DNA of 64,000 bases. Origin: a virus. The position numbers were made by a program, and so were the translations under genes. Below the pieces are notes generated by a model, which saw only the letters and a program-made list of their open reading frames with translations, searched no databases and had not been told where the DNA came from. How positions within the stretch are numbered: position 1 is the first letter of the stretch; each line of letters begins with the position of its first letter. The DNA is taken from positions 1-64,000 of the IMG/VR virus record IMGVR_UViG_3300004369_000011. One strand, written 5' to 3'. Positions 46,929 through 57,128 of the stretch are shown piece after piece.

Positions 46929-47900
46929 TCAGCGCTTAAACAGTTCGTCATAAAGACCACCGCCACCGGGGACGTTCGTCCCTCGTAGTAAGTTTTTGTT
47001 TGATTGTAAGTAGTTGCGAATAGACTCATCTGACTGTCCCTTAGCCCGTGCAGCCTCTAAATCTTTGTGACCAAAGAACTCGGGGCTGTCTCCGTACGTT
47101 GTAGAAATCTGACTGCTTTGCGAGGCGGCGGCAGGGGAAGAGGATCGTGCGCCGCTAACCACATCATAAACACCGCCCCCACCAGGGACGTTGGTCCCTC
47201 GGAGCATGGCGATATTTTGGTCAAGAAATTTTTTAACGTCCGTGTCGGCTACACCTTTCTGACGAGCTGCGTCTAGGTCCGCTTGACCAAAGAAGTCAGG
47301 GCTTTCCCCGTAAGCAGAAGAAATTTTTGACATCTGCTGTTGCTGCCGAAGCGCGTCGCCTGAGAAACCCGTTGTTGGGACACTCCCCTTCATTAGTTGA
47401 TCGAATAGGCCACCTTTACCCGGTATGTTTTCCCCCCGGAGTAAACCAACGTTTTTATCAACAAACTCTCTGATCTCTGTGGGCGAGTAACCGGCTTCTA
47501 GATTTCGGAAGTAGTCTTCATGTCCGAAGAATTCTGGGCTCTGTCCAAAGGAGGAGGATATACCGGGTCGGGTATCCTTGGGTGGCTGTGGCTGCTGCAA
47601 GGGTCCGATATTAATGTCACCTATACTCCCCCCTGTGGCAACAACGTTACCTCTTCCTTCTAGACCCCCGTAGGTCTTTGTTGCCGTGGGTGTGCGAGGA
47701 GCTTTAAAGCTCAAAGCACCTCCCCTGCCTTTTTCCGTTGTTTGTACCTGTGTCAAAGGAAGCCCTTGAAACTGGTCACCAACAATATCTTCTGCACTTT
47801 CTGCTCGTAAGTCAAACAGCTCTTCTAAATTTTCAAGCGTAAGTCCAAAGCGCTCTCCTGCTTTAGCTACGGGAGTACCTTTGTAACGAGAAGAAGTCAT
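46929..47900 (-). CDS. protein with three ~65-aa internal repeats
   Basis: IS..(F/Y)G.SP(E/D)FFG..D...LRG.N.PG.GG.(F/Y)D x3. Confidence 0.7.
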   Translation of the reverse strand: MTSSRYKGTPVAKAGERFGLTLENLEELFDLRAESAEDIVGDQFQGLPLTQVQTTEKGRGGALSFKAPRTPTATKTYGGLEGRGNVVATGGSIGDINIGPLQQPQPPKDTRPGISSSFGQSPEFFGHEDYFRNLEAGYSPTEIREFVDKNVGLLRGENIPGKGGLFDQLMKGSVPTTGFSGDALRQQQQMSKISSAYGESPDFFGQADLDAARQKGVADTDVKKFLDQNIAMLRGTNVPGGGGVYDVVSGARSSSPAAASQSSQISTTYGDSPEFFGHKDLEAARAKGQSDESIRNYLQSNKNLLRGTNVPGGGGLYDELFKR

Positions 47901-47934
47901 CGGAATAGGTGTGCCTTAATTAGAGTATAAAGCA

Positions 47935-48201
47935 TCAGCGAGCCTTGTACCCACTTGGTTTAGCACCAGCAAATAGCCTTGGGGCTTGTGTTTCGTGTTT
48001 TTGAAGTGGTTTAAAGCCCCCAAAAGGAGCCACTGCCCCTGCTTCTCCTACGGAAGAAAATTCTTGTTCTTTTGTTGTATTTCCAATTCTCTTCGTAAAG
48101 TCTTTAAATTCAGGAAAGTAATCGACGAGGATAGATCGATCCGGACTGTCGTCCATTGGACCGGGGCGATTAAAAACGTCTCCCGCAAAGCGCCGCGTCA
48201 T
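47935..48201 (-). CDS. small protein with RFAGDVF motif
   Basis: 88-aa ORF. Confidence 0.55.
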   Translation of the reverse strand: MTRRFAGDVFNRPGPMDDSPDRSILVDYFPEFKDFTKRIGNTTKEQEFSSVGEAGAVAPFGGFKPLQKHETQAPRLFAGAKPSGYKAR

Positions 48202-48217
48202 CTTCCGTAGGTTTTTT

Positions 48218-48766
48218 TTAGTATAACGTTTCCTTTGTTTCTACAAACTGGCGCATCAGGTTAAATCCTGGACCAATTACTCCTCTCAAGGTGCGCATTG
48301 TAGTCTTAGCCTCCTCGTGGCACTTAAAAAGCTTTGCCTTGTCCTTAGAAGGAGAATACTTTACTAGTTGTTTTTTTTCGTAATTCAAGCAGTCAGAAAC
48401 GTATTCGTTTCCGTGCAGGATCAGCCAAACCTCTTTAAAGCGTAGAAGAGGCATGGCTTCGACTTCTGCCAGCGTGTATAGCCGATCTTGCCACGTTACC
48501 GTGTTTTTGCTTTTCTTGCTACTTTTTTGTACATTTGGTGAACTCTTCTGAATTGAAACACCTAAATCCTTACGCAGTTTTCGAGCCGCGTTTGCCGCTT
48601 GCAAAGCGTTGGGAAAGGTCTCCGTGGTTATATGGAAGCAAATCTGTGTTTGCACGCACCCTACGTAACCTTTATCTGTTTTCGCGGTGAAGATATCTTT
48701 GGTGTTTGTTGCGGGGATGTCTAGGATTTCCATTTGTGCTCCAAGCTGACTGGCACTATAGCGCAA
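48218..48766 (-). CDS. basic hypothetical protein
   Basis: 182-aa ORF downstream of polA. Confidence 0.55.
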   Translation of the reverse strand: MRYSASQLGAQMEILDIPATNTKDIFTAKTDKGYVGCVQTQICFHITTETFPNALQAANAARKLRKDLGVSIQKSSPNVQKSSKKSKNTVTWQDRLYTLAEVEAMPLLRFKEVWLILHGNEYVSDCLNYEKKQLVKYSPSKDKAKLFKCHEEAKTTMRTLRGVIGPGFNLMRQFVETKETLY

Positions 48767-48772
48767 GTGTTT

Positions 48773-50668
48773 TTATTTTTCCGCCCAAGTGTTTCCTATC
48801 GACGCGTCTGCTTTAGCGGGCACTGTTTTTAAAATTGTCTCAGCAGCTTCTTTCATACAGTCTTCTAAGATTTTTTTATAGTGGTTTTCTTTACCTACCT
48901 GTACTTCCAAAACAATTTCATCGTGCACACAAGCGATTAAATGCGCCTCGGCACCTAAATGTTCCCCTAGTTTTGCAATGGAGAGTTTTAAGATATCCGC
49001 CCCCGCTCCTTGAATTAAAGTATTAGCGCAAGCCATCATCTGAGCGTCATCATATGACAGGAGCCGGCGACGTCCCATAGGAGTGCGTACATAGCACCAA
49101 CCTTCTTCAACCATCGCCGCTCTTTCTCTGTGCCACTGACGCAAGCGTGGATACGCGCTGTGAAACGCTGTGTGTGCAATTTTTGCCTCAGAGAGCGTAA
49201 TAACCTTCCCGCTCTGAGCTGCGTAGGTTTTGTACTTACGAAATCCCATTCCGTACAGCAATGCAAAGTTAAGTGTTTTACCATCTTGTCTCTGAGAGTA
49301 AGTAACTTGATCGACTGGAACTTTGTAAATTAAGCTTGCCGTGACGTTATGTAGATCCTCTCCGTCTTGAAACGCTTTAATCATCTGAGGAATGCCTATT
49401 AGTTCAGCCCCAAGTCTCAGTTCTATTTGAGAAAAGTCACAAATTACAAATTTAAAACCCTGTGTGGGTATAAAGCACCCCCTAAATTCAGAGTTTCTAG
49501 GCACCTGCTGAATGTTCACCCCGAACACAGTTTTTTTTACTTTAGCTGTAGTTCTTTTCGCACCTGAAGACGTAAACCTTCCGCTATTCGCGCCGTATTG
49601 ATTGTAGCCACTATGTATCCTATGTGACACAGGGTTTATATTGTCTATGAGTTTATTAACGTGCTCTAGTTTAGTTTCTATCTTGACTCGCTTCCGATAC
49701 AAATTAAGAAGAAAATCCTCGCTATCAAATTCCGCCAACGCAACCTGATTCAATGTTGGCTTGCCTGTTACGTTGTCACGAGGTACAGCAATGCCCAGAA
49801 CAGCGAAGTAGTTAAGGCACTGCGCGTTTGAGCCGGGATTAAATTCTTTCTTAGGTTTTTTTCCGATGGCTATCGCACCCTCTGTTGTCTTTAACAATTT
49901 CATCTCAATAGGTAATAAGTTATCTAATGTTTCGCAAAATAATTTTGTAGTCGCGTTTAATTCAAGTTCAATAGTTTGTTTTAAATTTTTTAGCTTAGCT
50001 ATATCAACGCCAAATCCTCTGTGGCACATTAAAGCCACAGGGCGTATACACTGAGACTCTAAGGTGTATATCTCTAGTAGATTCTCTTCAGCTAACTCAG
50101 CTAACTGCGACGCCGCCACGCGGGGGAGAATGTCTACGTCTTTTGCGGCGTAAGCAATCTGTTCCTCCGTTAGCTTAGCCTGAGACCAGTCCGTCAGTCT
50201 TTGTTCTTTATCTATTTCTTCTTCAAGCCGCCGTTCTACAACAGCTTTTAAACTACAACTTACATCTGCAAAATAAGGCTTCTTTGCTTGAGGGGATATT
50301 CTTTTTTCCTTGAACCCGGCGCGTAAGCATTTTTCGGCCACGTAAGTGTCAAAAAGCTTGTTTTTAAAATCAATTCCAAGTTTAAGGTTGAACTGAAGAT
50401 CAAAGTTTAAATTATGCCCTACCAGCATTTCGCGAGTTTCAATATAGGTTTTTAACTCTTGTAGATCTGTTAATTTAAATAAATCAAAAACATAAACTAT
50501 CCGATCGGCTTGTTCTTCCTTTGTGTCACAGAGCTGAAGCAGACGCGGACGAGCAATGCGAGCGTCCAACCCCGTGGTCTCGTAGTCCAAACAAACTTTC
50601 TTACAGCTTTCTAAGTCTTGTAGCGCTTCCTGGGCTTGCTGTTGCGTTGTGATGTATTTAATTTGCAT
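48773..50668 (-). CDS. polA: family A DNA polymerase with 3'-5' exonuclease
   Basis: DYETTG, HNLNFD, YAAKD; DFSQIELR, RQDGKTLNFALLYGMG (Phe at the 762-equivalent position), VHDE. Confidence 0.95.
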   Translation of the reverse strand: MQIKYITTQQQAQEALQDLESCKKVCLDYETTGLDARIARPRLLQLCDTKEEQADRIVYVFDLFKLTDLQELKTYIETREMLVGHNLNFDLQFNLKLGIDFKNKLFDTYVAEKCLRAGFKEKRISPQAKKPYFADVSCSLKAVVERRLEEEIDKEQRLTDWSQAKLTEEQIAYAAKDVDILPRVAASQLAELAEENLLEIYTLESQCIRPVALMCHRGFGVDIAKLKNLKQTIELELNATTKLFCETLDNLLPIEMKLLKTTEGAIAIGKKPKKEFNPGSNAQCLNYFAVLGIAVPRDNVTGKPTLNQVALAEFDSEDFLLNLYRKRVKIETKLEHVNKLIDNINPVSHRIHSGYNQYGANSGRFTSSGAKRTTAKVKKTVFGVNIQQVPRNSEFRGCFIPTQGFKFVICDFSQIELRLGAELIGIPQMIKAFQDGEDLHNVTASLIYKVPVDQVTYSQRQDGKTLNFALLYGMGFRKYKTYAAQSGKVITLSEAKIAHTAFHSAYPRLRQWHRERAAMVEEGWCYVRTPMGRRRLLSYDDAQMMACANTLIQGAGADILKLSIAKLGEHLGAEAHLIACVHDEIVLEVQVGKENHYKKILEDCMKEAAETILKTVPAKADASIGNTWAEK

Positions 50669-50686
50669 GTAATGATTTTAGAAGAC

Positions 50687-50716
50687 AAAAAAAGAGGCGT
50701 CCCGTAGGACGCCCCT
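50687..50716 (-). terminator. intrinsic terminator
   Basis: GGCGUCC-UACG-GGACGCC followed by a U-run on the - strand. Confidence 0.8.
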
Positions 50717-50725
50717 AGTGTAACG

Positions 50726-51505
50726 TCAAGCTCCGCGCTTGTTCCAATAGCCAATAATGTAGTCTTCCATATCGTCCCACATGCGGCACACCTGCATCCC
50801 TGTCTCGGTCAGGGTCACGTGGTACACCTTCCGACGGAGGAACTGAGAGTGAGGAATTAGTTCCTTGTCCTCGGGTCCAAATGCGATATGCTCCTCCATT
50901 ACTGCAAGCCCAGAGCTGACGAGGAAGGAGAGCCCGTCACGAAGGGAGGTGTACATGGGCGAGCCGTGGTAGCAGTCAGAACGAGCTACGCCTGAGGCCG
51001 CGCTGCAGGGCTCCATAAAGCCATCGATTTTTCGGCGGAATCCTCGGAAACAATCGTACTTGTTATCGAGACGAGCATCGTCTAGCATGTTAACTACCGC
51101 AACCGCAGTTTCTTTAAGAGTTACCTTATCGCCTGTTGCGCACATAAATAAGAGTGCGGCAGCTCCTGCGGTTTTTAGATTCTGGTTAGTAAGGACTATC
51201 TTGAATGTTTCATCCGCTGTAAGTTGGTTAACTGGTTGCTCCCCAATCCTCGAATGACCAGTTTTGGTGTAAGCCCGGCGCGGCTTGGCAGGCCTATAGA
51301 TGGCCAGTTTGGCGGCCAAGGTTGCTAATTGCGGATTACGCTGTTCGACGCTGAGATTAAACAGTTTTTTAGCGTCGAACAATTTGTGATCGAAATGCTT
51401 AGTGATGTCTACCGAAATTGTAGGATTCTTTTCCGAAACGGAAAACAAAGCAGAAACTTCGTTTTTTTCAAGGGGGAGGTCCCCAAGGGTGAATTCGAGA
51501 TTCAT
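50726..51505 (-). CDS. hypothetical protein, possible winged helix
   Basis: C-terminal LRDGLSFLVSSGL ... VTLTETG. Confidence 0.55.
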   Translation of the reverse strand: MNLEFTLGDLPLEKNEVSALFSVSEKNPTISVDITKHFDHKLFDAKKLFNLSVEQRNPQLATLAAKLAIYRPAKPRRAYTKTGHSRIGEQPVNQLTADETFKIVLTNQNLKTAGAAALLFMCATGDKVTLKETAVAVVNMLDDARLDNKYDCFRGFRRKIDGFMEPCSAASGVARSDCYHGSPMYTSLRDGLSFLVSSGLAVMEEHIAFGPEDKELIPHSQFLRRKVYHVTLTETGMQVCRMWDDMEDYIIGYWNKRGA

Positions 51506-51600
51506 GTCAGTTTGGCTGATAAAGACATGTAGACCTTACTAAGAATGCACTCATATTGGAAGGGGGACCTGGGATTTCTTTAGGTTTGTAAGGATTATTG

Positions 51601-51831
51601 TTAGGGTACAGCTTTCCATTTCAATACGCCGTTCACTACTCCGTAACAAACTTGTAGTGAGTTAGATGCATTATTGTATCGAACTGCGCCGATAAACGCT
51701 TGCTCCATTAGTTTGTCCGCTTGTTCATCTGTTAGGTCTATAGGATCATTCCATTGTGTTACATAAGATCTTGTTATTTTGTTTACATCTTCACTGTCCT
51801 GTTGTTGTCTGAGTAAAGTTTTCTTTTCCAT
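51601..51831 (-). CDS. hypothetical protein
   Basis: 76-aa ORF. Confidence 0.5.
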   Translation of the reverse strand: MEKKTLLRQQQDSEDVNKITRSYVTQWNDPIDLTDEQADKLMEQAFIGAVRYNNASNSLQVCYGVVNGVLKWKAVP

Positions 51832-51836
51832 AAAAG

Positions 51837-53408
51837 CTACAACAATATTTTCTGAAAAACTGTAGAGGATTCGGGATCGTTTTGGGGGTCCACTACGTAC
51901 ACTTCATCGCTAAATTGTTGGAGTACATCAGCCTCCATTCCTATACAGAAAGCGTAAAAATTAATACTTTGCTCTTCTTTAAAGTTATTAAGACGTCGTA
52001 CAAAGGCATCAGGTACATTTGCTTGTCCGTCAGTAATTAATAGTATGTCTGCTTTTGGATCTATGTGAGCCTTTGTCATAGCATGCTCTAATACCGCAGT
52101 GAACGAAGTTCCTCCGGCAGTTCGCCACGTAAGAATAAAATCCAGTAGTTCTTTGTTATTTTTACGGTTGCTATCAAGCACCAAGCTGTTACAAATTCTG
52201 GCGTCAAATAAATGAATTTGAATTTCTCGCTTTTGCTTAAGACACTCGTCTGCGACAACAAAAGCTATTGCTTTCGACCATAATTCAGATTCTCCAGTCA
52301 TTGAGCCAGAAATGTCGATGTACATTACTACGGGTCCTCTATCAACGTCTTTAGATTTTGCTTCATAATCTTTAGTCAACAAAGTTTTTTGTGAATACTT
52401 AAGAGCAAACAGGGCACGTCCTTCCTGCGTGGCCGCCAACGCAATTTCAATAGGGAATGCTTTAGTTACTTCGTCAGAAAACTTAGCGCCAACTATATCG
52501 CTATAGTTCGTTTGAGTTTTTTTAGCTCGTCTTCTGTCATTCCAAGCTTTACGTAAGCCACCTAAACGAGAGGCTAGTTTCTGCAGTTTTTTATTATGAC
52601 TTAGTTTTTTAGCTAAAGCTTGTTTTTCTTGCAAATCTCCGCTGTGATGCCCCTGGCCTGTTTCTGTTCCAGCAAGAGCTGACATAGCATTTTCCAGTTC
52701 GTCAGCTTCTTTCTTAGCCCGCTCAACCGCCTCCGCTACCTTAGGTTGTAGTTTATTTCTGGCTTCGTTCAAGACTTGTTCCACGGCTTGACTCAATTGC
52801 TTTCCTTGCTGCCTTAGTTCGGTAGCCTCAAGGTCTTTTCCTTGTTTTTTAGCTTGAATGAAAGCGTCACGTAACTCGTTTAACTTCTCAGCACTATGCG
52901 CCAAAAGCTCTGCGGGCAGTTGACCCAATTCAATTTGCTCTTCTATAATTTCACTTAATTCGTTTAATAAACAAACGGCATTGTTGCCGCTATTAAATTG
53001 ATTGCCTATACAGTGGGTTGCAAGAGTCGGCCACGCGGGAGAATTACAGAGATCATTTAACAGGCCAATCCAAAAAGCAGATTCAGGTTTATATCCAGAA
53101 GGAAACGGGGGATCAAATCCTTCTTGTTTATTACGAAAATATTCTTCAGCCTCCGTCAAGGAGACTAGAGGAGTTACGTTGCCGCCCTGATAAAGACATT
53201 CAAAAATTTCTTTACCAAATCGAGATAGTTGTCGAATATCATATCGATCAATTAAGTAGTTGACCGTAGGTTTGGTGTCTCGTACAAAGTCTTCCCACAA
53301 ATAGTCTGCTAGCGCGGAGACCGCAACTACTATGGGCGCTGCATCAAGCAGGCGAATGTATTCGTGCAGGGTTTTGTTGTTCATGGATTTACTTAGTGAA
53401 CTCTCCAA
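51837..53408 (-). CDS. VWA-domain protein (ViaA-like)
   Basis: GPVVMYIDISGSM (MIDAS), GGTSF, ADILLITDG. Confidence 0.85.
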   Translation of the reverse strand: MESSLSKSMNNKTLHEYIRLLDAAPIVVAVSALADYLWEDFVRDTKPTVNYLIDRYDIRQLSRFGKEIFECLYQGGNVTPLVSLTEAEEYFRNKQEGFDPPFPSGYKPESAFWIGLLNDLCNSPAWPTLATHCIGNQFNSGNNAVCLLNELSEIIEEQIELGQLPAELLAHSAEKLNELRDAFIQAKKQGKDLEATELRQQGKQLSQAVEQVLNEARNKLQPKVAEAVERAKKEADELENAMSALAGTETGQGHHSGDLQEKQALAKKLSHNKKLQKLASRLGGLRKAWNDRRRAKKTQTNYSDIVGAKFSDEVTKAFPIEIALAATQEGRALFALKYSQKTLLTKDYEAKSKDVDRGPVVMYIDISGSMTGESELWSKAIAFVVADECLKQKREIQIHLFDARICNSLVLDSNRKNNKELLDFILTWRTAGGTSFTAVLEHAMTKAHIDPKADILLITDGQANVPDAFVRRLNNFKEEQSINFYAFCIGMEADVLQQFSDEVYVVDPQNDPESSTVFQKILL

Positions 53409-54573
53409 TGGTTTTAGCGATTCGTTGTGAATTGATATTTAACTCTTGGCACAATTTTGTAGCATCTTGTCGCGCTTTCAGAGTTACACGATAGTGTTCT
53501 CCCTCAAGAACTCCGTTTGCTTTTGCTTCTAGCACTTGTAAATCGTGATGAATCTTACGTAACTTACTAACCACGTGGTTTAAATCTTCTAGATTCTTGG
53601 CTTCTTTTGATTGAATCGCATGAAACTCACTGAGGACACCGGCTTGAGCCCGTTTAATGTCCTTTAACAACCTTTCAGCTGTAGGGATTACTTGATCCAA
53701 TACCTCCCGAATTACAGATACATCGTCAGGAGTCTGATAAACAATATGAATCAGGGAGTCGTGAAGATGTTCTGGATAAAGTTTATCGTCGCCCTGAACA
53801 AGAGCCCAGCCCCGCATGAACTTAAGAATCTGTACACGCCGTCGATCACTGATTGTTATGCCCCGCGTGACTAGCATCTCAAACACCTGAGCAAACGAGT
53901 CAAGAAACTCATCACTTGGAGCAATGAGAGCAGCCTCTTCTTGTAACTTGCCTAAATCGGCATAACTTAGATCTGATTCAACAGCAGGTCGCTGTTCGAT
54001 ACCCAGAGCCCATGTGTCTAGAAGTCTTTTTGAAATAGGAGCTTTGAGAAGATCTACTGTCGGTCTAAACAGAAAGCGATCGCAAAAAGCTTGGAGAGCT
54101 TCTTCTTGGGGAAAGCTGTTAGTCGCCGCAACGATAGATTGAATAGGTGTTGTCAACACCTCTTTGCCGTTATTAAACGTACGTTCGTTTAGGATCGTAA
54201 GCAGAGAATTTAGTACAGCGGAGGAGCCGCGAAAAAGCTCATCTAGGAAAGCTATGTTGGCAGTAGGAAGATAACCCTGTACATCCCGACTGTATTCGTC
54301 TTTAAGTAACTTACTTACAGCGACAGGACCGAACAACTCTGATGGATCTGTGGTGGGCGAAAGCAAATAACCGAAGAAGCTAGAACCTGTAAATCCGTTG
54401 GAAACGGCGCGAACTAATTCAGATTTACCTGTGCCGGGTAGACCAAACAAGAACGCATTTTGCTTGGTAATAACTGCAGCCAGTAAGCCGTCGATGACGG
54501 GTGCTCGCTCTAAGAAAGCATTGTTAAGTGAGCCTCTAAATTTTTGAAGAGAGGTAAAAAGTGTGTCGTTCAT
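53389..54573 (-). CDS. MoxR-family AAA+ ATPase (RavA-like)
   Basis: GLPGTGKS, ELFGP, FLDE, LNSLLTILNER, AATN, DRFLFR, ISDRR. Confidence 0.9.
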   Translation of the reverse strand: MNDTLFTSLQKFRGSLNNAFLERAPVIDGLLAAVITKQNAFLFGLPGTGKSELVRAVSNGFTGSSFFGYLLSPTTDPSELFGPVAVSKLLKDEYSRDVQGYLPTANIAFLDELFRGSSAVLNSLLTILNERTFNNGKEVLTTPIQSIVAATNSFPQEEALQAFCDRFLFRPTVDLLKAPISKRLLDTWALGIEQRPAVESDLSYADLGKLQEEAALIAPSDEFLDSFAQVFEMLVTRGITISDRRRVQILKFMRGWALVQGDDKLYPEHLHDSLIHIVYQTPDDVSVIREVLDQVIPTAERLLKDIKRAQAGVLSEFHAIQSKEAKNLEDLNHVVSKLRKIHHDLQVLEAKANGVLEGEHYRVTLKARQDATKLCQELNINSQRIAKTIGEFTK

Positions 54574-54711
54574 TAGATAAAAAGTAATAATTTGATAAAG
54601 CGTTTAAAGGAAAAGGCGTGTCTTCGTGTCTGGTAGGGGCCAGTCAACGAGTGACTCCTCTGTAGTAGCTCCACGCCTGTAATTGCTAAGCGACTAGGTA
54701 AGTAAAATGAA

Positions 54712-55911
54712 TCAGAAGTCACAGTCTTCATGCTTTTCAGCAATCATGATTTTGGTTTCTGCGATGGTTTCCTCCAAAGGAACGTTAGAGGCTCGGACAA
54801 GCTCCACGCGTTGGTTGTAGAGTTTTTGTAGATGTCTCGAACGTTGATTGTACACATCAGTTTCTGTGACAATTTGAGCTTCCAACTCCTCTAACTGTTT
54901 TTCGGTAGAGGCAGATTGAATTTGGGACACAAGATCTTTATAAGTACCAGACAACGCAAGCGACTTTTGGAGAGTTGCAAGCCCTTCTGTTGAATCCCGA
55001 CCCGCCACAATAGTTTCCAATTCCGTTCGAATCTCAAGTTTTACATCGTTATACAACTGAAACGCTTGATCCTTGTCCTTAATCAAGGGAGAGTTCATCT
55101 GCTTACCAACCTCTACTAACCTCTCGGCCAGCGTGGTTAGGTTTTCAAATCCAGGACAGTGCTTACTTATGAGCTGTAGCTGAGCTGCAGTTAGCTGCCA
55201 CGAGCCTCGGCGTTTCGAAGTCCCTGTCTGTCGCTCGCCAATTTTACTTGAGATGCGTACATCCAAGTCATCCATCAGCTCTGCTGCTTTTTCCAAAGCT
55301 CGATCTGCTGCACTGTGTTGAGCAGCCTCCAATACTTCCGCTGTGTTAAGGCTCGCCGCCCTTGCGATCCTGTCATCTAACAGGTGGTCTTGTGCGCTTG
55401 TCGATACCTCCAAGTTGATTGGATTCGGACCTATTACAAAAACTTCAATTGGAGATTCAAATTGTTCTTTGGTCGGAAACAAGCGGAGATACGCTTCCCG
55501 AGCCATTTTTAGTTCTAGTTCGTCCTTGAAGAGGGGTTCAAGAAAGCCAGCAACAGTAGTGTTCCAACGCTCAAACTCTGCGGTCCAAAGACCTTTAAGT
55601 TCTTTATTAAATACCTTAGCTTCGCGGCGAATTGAAGCGATCTTCTCCATCGCTACATCAAAGTAATCAGCGTGAAGAAAGTGAACGTCTCCCCTATGGA
55701 TGGTGCACTCGTCATAAAGTTTGCGCTGTTCGGAACGAAGACAATTCAAATATTCTTTAAGCTTGCCTGAGAGGTTTGGACGGATGGATACTGCCTGCTG
55801 ATTCTCAAGCGTGTCAATAACAGCTTGAGGTAGCTTCAGATCATCAAACTTAATCTGTGTGCTCTGACGCACGTTAGCACTAACGGAGCAGTGGAGAAGA
55901 AACACGTTCAT
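54712..55911 (-). CDS. helical protein, DUF3150-like
   Basis: size, helical composition and position directly upstream of the AAA-VWA pair. Confidence 0.4.
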   Translation of the reverse strand: MNVFLLHCSVSANVRQSTQIKFDDLKLPQAVIDTLENQQAVSIRPNLSGKLKEYLNCLRSEQRKLYDECTIHRGDVHFLHADYFDVAMEKIASIRREAKVFNKELKGLWTAEFERWNTTVAGFLEPLFKDELELKMAREAYLRLFPTKEQFESPIEVFVIGPNPINLEVSTSAQDHLLDDRIARAASLNTAEVLEAAQHSAADRALEKAAELMDDLDVRISSKIGERQTGTSKRRGSWQLTAAQLQLISKHCPGFENLTTLAERLVEVGKQMNSPLIKDKDQAFQLYNDVKLEIRTELETIVAGRDSTEGLATLQKSLALSGTYKDLVSQIQSASTEKQLEELEAQIVTETDVYNQRSRHLQKLYNQRVELVRASNVPLEETIAETKIMIAEKHEDCDF

Positions 55912-55913
55912 GA

Positions 55914-56339
55914 TTACTTAAGGCGAGAGAAAGCAGTGGTGATTTTGTCAGTGAGCAAGTCGATAGCTCCCATTACTGAAAGCTGTTCAACTAGTTTCTT
56001 CCGCTCGATGCGGGCAACCTTTAGGTCACGTTCGAGTTTTTCGATACGAGCGTTTACCTTGTCGAGTTTTGCGTGCCCCGTGGGAGCCTTCGTCACGCGC
56101 ACGATGATGTTCGTTCCGAATTCAGGGAACTTGAACAAGGAATCGGGACCTTGAAAGGTCTCTAGTGAAAGACCAGAAGCGTCAGCTTGCTCTAGGTCGT
56201 TTGTGAGGTTGGAACGAGCCGCCTCGTAGGGAGTCCCAAAAGATTCATTTAGAGCCGTTAGGGCTTGATCGCACTCGTCGAACAGTTCAGCGGTCCTCCG
56301 ACCTCGTTCAACTAAATGAGAGATGGTTGGTTTAGGCAT
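55914..56339 (-). CDS. coiled-coil hypothetical protein
   Basis: ATG at 56339, downstream of a sigma70 promoter. Confidence 0.6.
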   Translation of the reverse strand: MPKPTISHLVERGRRTAELFDECDQALTALNESFGTPYEAARSNLTNDLEQADASGLSLETFQGPDSLFKFPEFGTNIIVRVTKAPTGHAKLDKVNARIEKLERDLKVARIERKKLVEQLSVMGAIDLLTDKITTAFSRLK

Positions 56340-56392
56340 GATGTGCAAAAGATGGGGACGCACCACGTTAAGGGCCGGTGCCGCCCAGGAGA

Positions 56393-56421
56393 AAGATAGC
56401 TCACGCAGAGCACGGTGTCAA
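56393..56421 (-). promoter_or_regulatory. sigma70-type promoter
   Basis: TTGACA-17 bp-TATCTT on the - strand. Confidence 0.7.
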
Positions 56422-56587
56422 TCCTTTGCTCTACTATACTTTAGTAGACATCTAAAGGATAGCTTGCTCAGGAAAGTTAAAGTAATAAACTTTTTCTGTA
56501 ATGTAAGTTTGGCAACTAAATTTCGCATGTTTAATACTATTTAACTTTATGTATTACTTTATACGTCTTTACAGACGACGCAGTAAG

Positions 56588-57103
56588 CTACAGTCCCTTA
56601 GATTCCTGAACTGTTTTATCTGAGTTATAGCGCCCACAATCTCTATAAGAAACGTCAGGCTTAGAAGCTGTACGCATAAAAATAATTTGACCAATTCGCA
56701 TCCCAGGCCACATAGGGATCGCATGATACTGGCGAGCGTTCTTTATCTCCAATGTCAGCACACTAGAATTAAAACCAGGATCAATCCAGCCAGCCATCAA
56801 ATGTTCAAAACCTGCACGCGCAAGACTACTCTTTAAAGCAAATTGGCCACACACGTCGTCCGGCATATTAAACATTTCAAATGTCTCTGTAAGAACAAAC
56901 TGATTGGGTTTAAGTAAAAACGGAGTTGTTTTACTGCACGAAGTTAGAGTTATAGGAGATAACTTATCGGTATCTTCTACCTCTACGAGCATGTTGTGAC
57001 CTAAACGCACGTCTAAGCTTGCTGGATTGAGTAGATAGTCCTCAAATGGAGTGACCATGCCTTTCCTACAGAGGCGTTCGATCTCGTGGTCACTTAGGAT
57101 CAC
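56588..57103 (-). CDS. dcd: dCTP deaminase
   Basis: MILSD, NPASLDVRL, KSSLARAG, AGWIDPGF, LTLEI, GMRIGQ. Confidence 0.9.
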   Translation of the reverse strand: MILSDHEIERLCRKGMVTPFEDYLLNPASLDVRLGHNMLVEVEDTDKLSPITLTSCSKTTPFLLKPNQFVLTETFEMFNMPDDVCGQFALKSSLARAGFEHLMAGWIDPGFNSSVLTLEIKNARQYHAIPMWPGMRIGQIIFMRTASKPDVSYRDCGRYNSDKTVQESKGL

Positions 57104-57128
57104 ATCAAAAATTAAAAACTGCCCAAGC

